A stretch of 64,000 nucleotides of DNA from Eledone cirrhosa (Eukaryota): positions 15,190,001 to 15,254,000 of the forward strand of contig OZ024744.1 of the NCBI GenBank assembly GCA_964016885.1, written 5' to 3'. Numbering within the stretch: position 1 is the first letter of the stretch; each line of letters opens with the position of its first letter. Positions 9,631-20,419 of this stretch are shown here, piece by piece. The position numbers and the translations under genes are program-made. Below the pieces are notes generated by a model that saw only the letters and a program-made list of their open reading frames with translations, made no database searches and had not been told where the DNA came from.

Positions 9631-12600
9631 GGAGACTACCGAGGGAACATCACTAAAAGAATATTCACAGACATTCTCGTGGAGAAACCTGCTACTGGTC
9701 GGAGGGATGGATCACCCACCCCTTCCTAAAAAAGAACCACAGGTAAATTTTCTTTACTTTTCCCCTCTCACTTGTTTTCCATCTATCCTAGCCAAGATGG
9801 CTTCTCTCAGGATAGGTAGCATAAATGCACGAGGCCTGGGGTCATCTTGGAAGCAGGGCCACCTGCTAAACGATATCAGGTCGCTAAACATAGATGTGGT
9901 GGCCATCAGCGAGACCAGAATCTCCGAGGCATGGGCATTCGCACCCATTTTCGTATACATCTCCAAGAGATCCTGGATCAGCGGGAGTGGCTGTGTCGTT
10001 CTGGAGAAGTCTTGATCTCGAGATATGGGCCATCTTCTTGGACCCAGAAGGTATGTTGGTGGTGCTGGATGCGACCAGCGGAGAAGGGCAAGCTTTCAGG
10101 CTAGTGGCCGTCTATGGCCCATCAGGAGAGCCTGACTTCTTCCAGCGTCTGGAGACCTTTCTTGGAACGTACCGTTCTTTAGTGTTAGTGGGCGACTGGA
10201 ACGGGATTAGCGGATAGGGGAGGTGGGTGTAAAAGCCTCGCCAACCTGCTCAGGCGTTTTCAACTGTCTGGATTTCCCGAATGTGCCAATGTGGACATGG
10301 ACAAACCACGTCGGGTCATCCAGATCATATCTAGATAGGGTATTTTGTAGGGAAATAGATAGGTCTAGCATAGGCTGTCACAATTCAAGATAGCCGACTA
10401 CACGGACCACAAATTCGTGATCTGTGAGGTTGACTTAGATAGGCTTCATAGACAGGGACCCAGCTACTGGAAGCTAAACACGTCATTAACAGCGCGCAAG
10501 GCCTACAGAGACCGGATTAGCGAACTAGTTAAGCAGGCGTTGACGGGGGCCATCGTCAACAACAAGTGGTGGTTTGCTCTGAAAAGAGCAATTAGAATAG
10601 AGTCCATTAGGTTTAGTAAGACTTTAGCAATAGAGAAAAATAGAGCAGAGGGAGAACTAGTTAGAAAATTAGACGAGGCGCTTAGTAAAGGCATCGCGAC
10701 CGACGTACTTGCGGCGAAATTGGCCCTCGACCAATTTTTCAATGCAAAGCACGAAGGCTGCATTGTCAGACCTAGGGTGCGTGCTCTCAGACACGAGGGG
10801 ACGATAGCTGTTCGTTGGGCCCAAGTGGCGGAGGCGCGTCATGGCAACAAAGCCACGATCTGGTTTTAGAGGACTATGACGGGCGCATGATACTCGATCC
10901 CGGGCAAATGTGTGCGGCTTTTCAGCGACTTTCGCTCAGCTGTTCGAGGGGCAGCGGTGGGCCGGATCGTGGGATGGAATTTAGTGTCTACCTCCACGGA
11001 CTGCTGCGGTTCTTGGTCACTGAGGCGGAGTGTTGCGAAAAGCCGATAACAGCTGCTGAAGTACGGGAGGCAATGACTATCTGCACAATGGGTAAATCGC
11101 CTGGTTTGGATGGTCTGCCCTATGAACTTTACATACATATGCCAGACTTGTTCGGGGCCCTCTTGGCGGACATCTACTGTAACTGGCAGCAGAACGGGAG
11201 CATTCCCAGCTCTGTGAGCTGAGGAGCGGTGGTGCTGTTGAGAAAGGATCCAAACAAGAGGGATAACATAGATAATTTCAGGGCCATAACTCTGCTAAAC
11301 ACAGAGTTCAAGATTTTAGACAAGGTGCTAACAAAGAGGTTGGCGCTTGTCCTTGGTGGTCTCGTGGCAGACATGCACCATTCCAGACAGATCCATCCTC
11401 GACAACCTCCACCTCATGCGATACATCGTGAAGAGGGTAGCTAAGGAACCTGGCATGGGTGGATCCTTGATCAATTTAGATCAGCTGAAAGCTTTCGATA
11501 GGGTCGACAACCGTTATTTGACCAGAGGCTGGATGACTGCCATGCTCAGCAACATCTGCTCTGTGGTGAGAGTGAATGGTCACCTTTCGGAACCATTCAA
11601 TATCATGCGCTCGGTCCGCCAAGGATGTCCCTCTCGTCGCTGTTGTACGTATTGACTTTTGAGCCATTACTGCACAAACTGGAGACGTTGAGGGAGGTCC
11701 CACGCGAACTAGGATGCAGAAGATCTGTGTCAGCATATGCAGACGTCACCGTAATGGTGTCGAACGGCAAACACATTGCGGCGATCGGCACTACACTAAG
11801 AGAATACGAGGTGGTGACAGGAGCAATGATCAACCAGGAAAAGTAGGTGGGCCTGCTGCTCGGCACCTGGAGAGGCAGGTCCATGCCATCCAACAGCGTC
11901 GTTGGGTGCTGGACAGATGGACCAGTTAAATTGCTATGGATCTGGTTCGGTCCGGACCTCCAGAAGGGCAAAAACTGGGATGAAGTGACAAGCAGGGTGG
12001 CCTTTCTCACCCAGAAATGGGCTGAGAGGAAGCTATCCCTGAAAGTTTGAGCGGAGATGGCGGACGCGTACATTGCTTCCATCATCTACTACCACCTGAC
12101 CCTGGCCTGGCAGTGCTACCGAGGAGCTTTGCTAGTTCGGGATAAACTCTACAGGCATGATATGCCATCAGCCGGGCATGTCCGAGATGCGCGCAGGGCG
12201 ACAAAACCATCCTGCACGCACTCATCCAGTGTCCGAGCATTGCTGACTTGTGGGTTTATGTCAAACACCTGCTGTCATGTGAAGAATGGATCTGGCTATC
12301 AGCTGAATCCATCGTGAGGATTGCCCCGCTGCCTTCCTTTAGCCAGGAAGGGCAAGCAGTTTTTATCTGCCTGATGGCCATGGTAATAGAGATCATATGC
12401 TGGACACATCTGAAAGGGTTGAAGACAGGTACTTTCCTCTTTGGTGACACCCTCATTAACTTTTTTAGGTTTGACCTGAAAAGGAATATCAGGGTGGAGA
12501 GGGAAGTACTGTCTTCCAGCCAGTTTGTTGAAAGGTGGGTGAGAGAGGCAAGAATGGCCCGTGTAAATGGGTCTACCCTGAGCATGTGCCTGTAGAATCG

Positions 12601-12850
12601 TAGGAGAAAAACTGGAAGAGGGCACATGTCCTAGCGATCAGGGTAACCATGGCTTGTTTGTGGGGTTTCTCCACGTGCGACCCTCGGAAGTCTCCCCCCT
12701 ATTGGGGAATTTTTCATTGTTTCCTTCTATTTTGGTACATCCTGTGTTTTTTTGTTTTTTTTTTACATGCAGAAATGCCCATTTGTAACATCCCATATTG
12801 TCCTTAATGTCAACCCTTTTGGTTAATAAAGAAAGCATTATTATTATTAT
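9631..12850 (+). mobile_element. Tx1/L1-group LINE: probable end of ORF1 plus disrupted ORF2 (APE, RT, CCHC finger), 3' UTR and (ATT)n tail
   Basis: ORF2 ATG at 9797. Motifs GSINARGL, AISETR, LVAVYGP, VGDWN, YLDR, TDH, GPSYWKLNTSL, KSPGLDGLPYELY, FRAITLLNTEFKIL, DQLKAFDRV, SVRQGCP and YAD(V) are spread over frameshifted ORFs. AATAAA at ~12825 is followed by (ATT)n. Confidence 0.9.
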
Positions 12851-14340
12851 CGAGGCGATCGGCACTACACTAAGAAAATACGAAGCGGTGACAGGAGCAA
12901 TGATTAACCAGGAAAAGTCAGTGGGCCTGCAGCTCGGCACCTGGAGAGGCAGGTCCATGCCATCCAACAGCATTGTCGGGCGCTGGACGGATGGACCGGT
13001 TAAATTGCTAGGGTTCTGGTTCGGTCCGGACCTCCAGACGGACAAAAACTGGGACGAGTGATGAGCAGGGTGGCTTCTCTCACCCAGAAATGGGCAGAGA
13101 GGAAGCTATCCCTGAAAGGTCGAGCGGAGGTGGCTAACGCGTACATCGCGTCCGTCATCTACTACCGCCTGACCATCGTACCTTGTCCTAAGCCCCACCT
13201 GACTGCGCTGGAGCGTTTGCTCTTTCGCTTTTTGTGGAAGGGACGCGCTCCGATGGTCAGGCGGTCCATCTGCTGTCAACACCCACTACGTGAAGGGCTG
13301 GGCATGCCGTGGCTGATGATGTGCAGACACGCGCTCAGGCTACATCTCTACCTCTTCCTCGACGGTGATCAGGTGTGGTCACCGTTTGCTAGACGCGTCT
13401 TTCCCCAGCTTGTCTCCTTGACGGAGCTGCAGTCCTGGGTGAAGCGAAGACCGAGAGGGAGCGCTTGGAGACTGTAATGTCTTCAGGCGCTCACAGCCCT
13501 CGACCAGTCGGGCAATGTGATCGGTGGAAACTTCACCTTGGCGTTCTATAGAGGATTAGTGGAGGGGAAGAGTGACGACGTACTTGGGGTAACTCTAGGC
13601 GTCGACGAAAATCAACTAGCCAATCTCTTCGGGAGAACTTTCGGGCTGGGGCCTATGGAGAACTTCCAGAAATCCCCTGGCCTGGCAGTGCTACCGAGGA
13701 GCTTTGCCAGTTCAGGATAAACTCTACAGGCATGGAGGTGCCGTCAGCCGGGCATGTCCGAGATGCGCGCAGGGCGACGAAACCGTCCTGCAAGCACTCG
13801 TCCAGTGTCTGAGCATTGCTGACTTGTGGGTTCATGTCGAACACCTGCTGTCGCATGTAGAACGAATCTAGCTATCAGCTGAGTCCATCGTGAGGATTGC
13901 CCCGCCCTCTTCCTTTAGTCGGCCGGGAAGGGCAGGCAGTTTTTATCTGTCTGGTAGCCATGGCGAAAGAGATAGTATGGTGGATGCGTATGAAAGGGCT
14001 GAAGATGAGCACTTACCCCTTGAAGTGCTCTCTTCCCAGCCTACTCTGAGTACGTGCCTGTAAATTTAAGGTGGAAAACTGGGAGAGGGCACTTGCCCTG
14101 GTGATCAGGGTCACCGTGGCTTTTTTTAATGGTCTTTCTCCACGATGGCCCTCATAAGTCTCCTCCCTATTGGGGAATTTTTCATTGTTCCTTTTTTGTT
14201 ACATCCTCTGTTTTTTTTTTTTTTTTACATGCAGAAATGCCCATTTGTACCGTCCTGTATTGTCCTGTATTGTCCTTTACTGTCCTTAACATCTTACTTT
14301 GTGTAAATCCTTGTGGTTAATAAATAAAGCATCATTATTA
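12851..14340 (+). mobile_element. Second, 5'-truncated copy of the same Tx1/L1-like family
   Basis: 12854-13173 closely matches 11780-12101. It retains the ~500 bp (LFRFLWKG...GLGMP) missing from copy 1, has CPRCAQGDETVLQALVQC, and shares the 3' UTR, AATAAA and ATT tail. Confidence 0.9.
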
Positions 14341-14688
14341 CTAGCTGACGTACCCAGCTTCACCAGGGTAAACAGATGATAAGAGAAGACAGGAAAAAGA
14401 GAAAATGACTGTATTCAATGTTTGTCTGGTTACAGTATGAGGCGAGTCCGTGGTGTCCGTGTGATACAAAAAAAAAGTTTAAAAAATCTTCCAGCTATAC
14501 CAGATTCTTTGTTGTACTGTTTGTGCATAGTATATGAACAATTCTAGATGCTCCCACCTAGAATAGTAACCTCTAGGAGATAGTTCATCGTCTGCCTGAC
14601 TGTAAAACGTGTATCATTGCATAGACGTGGTTGATCCACATTTCTCAAAAGGATGATGGAAATTCCAATCTTTTATATTATATGTAGA
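14341..14688 (-). mobile_element. Probable short non-autonomous Helitron
   Basis: The + strand reads A|CTAG-CTGACG-TACCCAGCTTCACCAGGGTA (terminal CTAG plus subterminal hairpin). The opposite end ...ATCTTTTATATTATATGTAGA|T gives a minus-strand TC start. Confidence 0.5.
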
Positions 14689-15867
14689 TATAGATATAGA
14701 TAATTAATATAAAAGATGTCCGTCAATGTAAAAAAGGTCCCTATTTAGTTGAAATGGTTTTTACAAATGCTAAATTAATATGGATATGGATAACATGCTT
14801 ATCTATAAGTGGTCAGCTATAATAATAAAACAACAAATTATATGACACAAACATTTATTCAGTAATTTCCAGGCTCTTAGCCACTGAGTAATAGACAGTC
14901 AATGTTGCCCAGAGTTCAACTCGGGGACGTGGCCTGGTTTGAACTCCAAAAGGCGGATCATTCTACTTCAAAAATAGAATCGTTTTTCAATATTACTCTA
15001 GCCCTGGCCAGCCATAGGCACCAGACCTTTTGCCAGACTCAGCATATGATGAGGTTTTATTACCACCGCAATCAGAAGCGACACACGCAAACTTACACAC
15101 GCACCCGTGCACTTATACACATGCACACACTCACATACGTTGATAGATTATACTTTCTGTGGAATGCTGCACGCATGCACACACACATAAACATATGCGC
15201 ACATACATACACACGCACACCTGTTAATAGTTATGGCTTTCCTTCCCCTCTTATTTCCACACATCACACACACACGTCTCCACACTGACACATATACATA
15301 GTATATCCAACACAGCGTTCACTTTGCCTCTCTGTTTCTTACTCTCTCCTCTCACTCCTTCATTGGCATTATGCATATTAATTTAAGTTTGGCGTCGTTG
15401 AGGTGGACGGAGTCGTTTGAAACCTATGAACCAATGTAATCGAGAATTATGACACACGGAATACTGAATTGTTGAAATTAATATATAGATTATTATAATT
15501 ATTATTATTATTTTTATTGTGCATCATTACTGCTTTACTAAGCACATTTCTGTACACCTTGGGTATGGGCAGTGTAGTTTGTGCTGATGTTCTTTTACTA
15601 TATATATATATATATATATCGAGAGAGAGAGATAGAATAAGAAAATGCAAAGTAGTTGCAGATGTTAAAGTCCTTTACTGCTAGGCTGTGATACATATTT
15701 CAATGACGACAGACACCACGCGATTCCGTGTAACCAGTGCCATGATCTCATCAGACAGCTTCATTATATAATAAGGTTACATTCTCAAGGCAATCCAAAC
15801 TAAAACGACAAGGGACTGGAGAAAGAGGATGTTTTTGAAGCCTTCGCACATTCCCTTGTATATATAG

Positions 15868-16012
15868 GTAGAAACCAAGCCAAAATCAGTTCTGTATGAG
15901 CAAGACAGGATCTCCTAACCTAGCATTGCCCACAACAGGACAACTCGTCTAACCCATGCTAGCATGGAAGAATGTACGTAAAACGGTGATGATGATGATG
16001 ATGATGATGATG
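15868..16012 (+). mobile_element. 3' half of RTE-tailed SINE (tail type B)
   Basis: Aligns by eye to 1552-1684 (AAGCC, ATGAGCAAGACA, TGCCCACAACAGGACAAC, CTAACCCATGCTAGC, AAAACGG(TGA)n). Confidence 0.75.
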
Positions 16013-16084
16013 AATAAGGTTTTTCATTCTGTGACCTCATCAGTGACTGGGTTTTTATTTTGTCTCATGTTTGTCCTGTCCTAC

Positions 16085-16470
16085 ACCATTGTTTTTGTGT
16101 GTTGTGTGCTTATGTTGTATTTTGGCACGTTGGTGGAGTACTGATGAGTTTTTCCCATCCTAGAGTTCTCGCCAGTGTTCCCTTATCCTTTCTCCTATGC
16201 TACAGGCTGTTTCACCTATGTATGTTATATTCTTATTCTTATATTGTCCCTCGGTACATCTTATGCTATATACTCCGTTCTTAGTTTTGCAGTTAATTTG
16301 CAGACTATGCATTTTCTATCAGCACAGGGGGATCTTTGAAATGGGTATGTTTCGCTAATTAGGGTTTTTATGGGAATACCTGATCTTTCAACTATCTTAA
16401 CATTTAATTTTTATTTGTCTAGATCCCTTCTAAATATGTAAGCTAGTTTACCTCTGAGAGTTGCATTGAT
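16085..16470 (-). pseudogene. Penelope-like element linker plus GIY-YIG endonuclease fragment (Neptune-like Cys-rich linker)
   Basis: Manual minus-strand translation gives NATLRGKLA...KIVERSGIPIKTLISETYPFQRSPCADRKCIVCK, then after a frameshift NCKTKNGVYSIRC...TYIGETACSIGERIREHW...SSVLHQ. YIGET is at ~16208-16222. Confidence 0.8.
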
Positions 16471-16574
16471 GAAATATATAAATATATATATATACAATGA
16501 TATTAAATAAATGGAAACTATATTTATAAAACCATATTTATTCTATTATATATATTTCAAGGGTACCAAAAATG

Positions 16575-16689
16575 TTGGTACACAAAACACCAAGGAAAAG
16601 AATTGTCAATTCATTGCAAAACAGCTTCATCATCATCATCATCATCATCATCACCGTTTTATGTCCGTTCTTCCACGCTAGCAAAACGG

Positions 16690-16720
<31 letters not shown>

Positions 16721-16771
16721 GCTGTCTTGCAATGAATTGACAATTCTTTTCCTTGGTGTTTTGTGTACCAA
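16575..16771. repeat. Near-perfect inverted repeat, ~86/89-bp arms, 22-nt spacer
   Basis: Arms 16575-16660 and 16683-16771 differ by one substitution and one CAT unit (8 vs 9). Confidence 0.95.
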
Positions 16772-17065
16772 AATTTGGTACACAGCTTATGTTGAGTATT
16801 TAAATATACTATATATATACATATATATACACACACACACATATGTGTATGTGTGCAAATAGTATCTAAGTAGATATGGTTGGCTAAATTGTCAGATCTA
16901 AAGAAAGTAATGATGACGATGGTGATGATGATGACAAAGGGTAGTCATAAAAGGCTGAGAAGACATCTAGTCACTCCCCCCACCACCTCCACCACACCTA
17001 TACCCTTATAAAAATATGAACTAATTCACCCCACACAACAGGTGTAATTGTGTCAAAAGTCAATA

Positions 17066-17545
17066 ACACACACACATATACATACATACATACACACACG
17101 CACACACACCCAGACACACACACACACACATGAAGTAAAATCAAGCATGCTGTTATTTCACTCATTCAGTACAGTGAACCTTTCTGCAATATCTGTGTTG
17201 TGTGTGTGTCTTGTGTGTATATGTAGGTGTGTCCTGTGTGTTGTGAGAGTGTGTGTGTGTGTGTTGTATGTGTCGGTGAGTATGTCTTATGTGCGAGTGT
17301 TTGTGTGAATGTTGTTTATATGTGTGTGTTATAATGTTCATAAGTGATTGTCTGTTTGTGCATGTTTGTATCTGTTGTAAATATTGTGTGTAGTGCGTGT
17401 GTGTGTGTATACATGTGCATCTGTGTATATAGATGTGTGTCTCTGTGTGTGTAAACATGTGTGCCTGTGTGTGTGTATATGTGTGTGTTTACATGTATGT
17501 GTGTGCATGTATATATATATGTGTGTGTGTATACATGTGTCTGTA
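17066..17545. repeat. Degenerate (CA)n then (TG)n/(TA)n microsatellite tracts
   Basis: Directly visible low-complexity dinucleotide sequence. Confidence 0.9.
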
Positions 17546-17611
17546 GGTTGCCAGGGTGTCTAGTAGATCTATTTATGTAAGGTTACACTTATTACACTTT
17601 ATTTCTCATTA

Positions 17612-17778
17612 ACCCCAATACACATACCTCCATTCACACACACACACACACATATATATACATACCCCCATTGACACACACACACATATATATATATACA
17701 CATACCCCCATTTACACACACACACACAAACACATATATACACACCCACACATATATATATATACACATACCCCCATT

Positions 17779-17814
<36 letters not shown>

Positions 17815-18072
17815 CACATACCTCCATTGACACACACACACATACATATATATATATACACATACCCCCATTCACACGTACACACACATATATATATATA
17901 CGCATACCCCCACTCACACACACACATATATATACACATACCCCCATCCAAACACACACACACACATATATATATATACACACATACCCCCATTCACACA
18001 CACACACACATATATACACATACCCCCACTCACACACACACACACACATATATATATACACATACCCCCACT

Positions 18073-18104
<32 letters not shown>

Positions 18105-18243
18105 CACACATACCCCCATTCACACACACATATATATATATATACCCCATTCACACACACACATATATATACACATACCCACACACTCACACACACACAT
18201 ATATATACACATACCCACATTCACACACACACACACACATATA
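17612..18243. repeat. Compound minisatellite, unit CATACCCCCATT(CA)n(TA)n of ~30-45 bp, about 15-17 copies
   Basis: A recurrent ATACCCCCA(T/C) anchor is separated by variable CA and TA runs. Confidence 0.95.
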
Positions 18244-20307
18244 CTCCAGAGTATCCTGGACTCAATATGGATAGCGTGTGCAGCATTGGTGCCACGTAAG
18301 CAGAATAAAAACCACCCCAAAAGTGCAATTTGGGAAACTTCAGCGGTCCGACTTGCCAGGAAAGAACGTCGGAACGTTGAACGGGAATATAAACCGCATA
18401 AATCAGATGCCAACAGAAAAAAGTGGAATAAATCTTCCAACCATCTCAAGCAAGTGACAAAGAAGGCAGTGCCTGAATTTGAACAGTGCATAGTAACCAA
18501 TCCTGACAGTAAGGTGTTCTGGAAGTATGTTCACTCAAAGCAGAGGCTTCACTCTCCAGTTGGTCCTCTTCACAATCCCCACACAAGCCAGATCACTGAC
18601 GATCCCAAAGAATGCGCAGAACTCATTGCTGAGTGCTATGCAAGTATTTTTACTGTTGAAAACCAGAATGTACTATCTCCACCATCTCTAACATCAAATT
18701 CCATAACAACTATGGAATTTACACCTGCAATGTTGCAACGTCACCTTAAGAATAAGCGCAACTATGCCTCCCCTGGTCTTGATGGTGTTACATACCTGCT
18801 TCTCAAATGTGGCGGGTATTTCCTTTTGTGCCAGCTTTCTTTCTTCTTTCAATACTGTCTCAACAATGGTGCTACTCAGGAGCAATGGAAAACGGCCAGT
18901 GTCATTCTTCTGTTCAAAAAGGGCGACCGCATGTCACCTGTCAACTATCGTCCAGTCAGTGTTACTAGCTGTATTGCCAAACTGATGGAATCCTGTGTCA
19001 GAGAAACACTTTGGAACTTCTGGAGCTCTCACAGCCTCATCCGGCCTTCGCAGTTTGGATTAATCCCTAACTCCAGCTGCTGTGATCAGCTTACTGAGTT
19101 CCTTGAAGACATCACCCGGATCACTGACAGCGGCTCATGGGTGGATGTTGTTTTCCTTGACTTTGCTAAGGCTTTTAATTCTGTGCCACACAAAAGACTT
19201 ATGGCAAAACTCTCTGCAATGGGTGTGAGGGATGATCTTTACGACTGGTTGAAATCCTTCATTCTCAACCGAAAAGAGGTAGTCACAGTTCTAGGACAGC
19301 ATTCTTCACCATATGAGATGTCATCGGGTGTATCACAAGGATCTGTTCTTGGTCCCCTTTTGTTTGTGGCATATATTAATGACATAGATGCCAACTTAAA
19401 GAATGCCACGGTACTGAAATATGCAGATGACATCAAGCTGTACCTTGAAATCAAAAGGACTGATCCTGAAATCTACAACTCTTTCCTACAATCAGACTGG
19501 ACACAATGCAGTAATGGATCACAGACTGGCAACTGAAGCTGGCTGTGGACAAGTGTACCACCATGCATTTTGGGAGGAAAAATCCAGCGTCCACATACTC
19601 CCTCCACAACACTGATATCAAGAAGTCCTCTTGTGAACGTGACCTGGGCATTACTGTCAGCAGCGATTTGCGTTGGACAAAGCATGTCTCTAATATTGTC
19701 AAGAAGGCCGAGGGTGTCTTGGCATCACTCAGCAAGACCTTTGTTAGCCGCTCTCCAGCCATCTATTTAAAACTGTATACAGCTATCATACGACCACACT
19801 TGGAATTCGCATCACCAGTCAGAACCCCTATCTTGCTCAGAACATTGACCTCCTGGAAACTGTTCAGAGAAGTGCAACCAAGCAAATACCCTCCATAAGA
19901 CACCTACCATACTCTGAACACCTTGCTTCCCTGGGCATGGATTCATTGAAGCTCTGACGTCTGGAAACTGACTTGGTAAATACCCACAAAGTTATTAACC
20001 ATCTTGCCAACAACAACCCTGAGTACCTTTTTGATCTCCATGTATCTAACACATGTGGACATGCCTACAAAATCAGAAAACAGCACAGCTCCCATGACTT
20101 TCGTAGACATTTTTTCACGCTTAGAGTTGCTGAAGCATGGAACAAACTACCTGCATCAGTTGTTAGCTGTCGAGACACTGCATCCTTTAAGACACTCATG
20201 CTTCCCGAGATTCGCCAACACTATACCTGATGTACCCCTTCCATACACATGCACACATGTGTATATCATGACTCATGCACTGTTTATTTTCCTGACGTTT
20301 GTACATG
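18244..20307 (+). mobile_element. CR1-group LINE, 5'-truncated ORF2 (RT and C-terminus, no APE), frameshifted
   Basis: Motifs KVFWKYV, SPGLDG, WKTASVILLFKKGD, NYRPVSVTS, FLDFAKAFNSVPH, SGVSQGSVLGPLLF and KYADD. Frameshift at ~19497, then KCTTMHFG, ERDLG, RPHLEFASPV, GHAYKI, FFTLRVAEAWNKLP, stop at 20230. The 3' UTR runs into the satellite without a visible tail. Confidence 0.9.
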
Positions 20308-20419
20308 ACCCTATCTCACATATACACTCTCTCTCTCTCACATATACAGACTCTCTCTCTCTCACATATACACACACTCTCTCTCTCACATATACACTCC
20401 CTCTCTCTCTCTAACATAT

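Noticed and set aside
14860-15860. Possible host exon in unassigned sequence
   Set aside because: No recognisable protein motif or convincing splice pair was found, and the ORFs run into CA/TA microsatellites. Left unannotated.
16138-16170. CTGATGAG hammerhead core on the + strand
   Set aside because: It is antisense to the Penelope coding fragment (NSSVL), with no matching GAAA or stems.
17612-18243. CRISPR-like or telomeric array
   Set aside because: The variable parts are only CA/TA run-length changes, and there are no TTAGGG-type units.
17671-19536. 621-aa fusion of a His/Thr repeat domain to a reverse transcriptase
   Set aside because: The N-terminal ~190 aa are a stop-free minisatellite read through into a 5'-truncated LINE. 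The start is a non-ATG codon in the repeat, and the RT frameshifts shortly after YADD.
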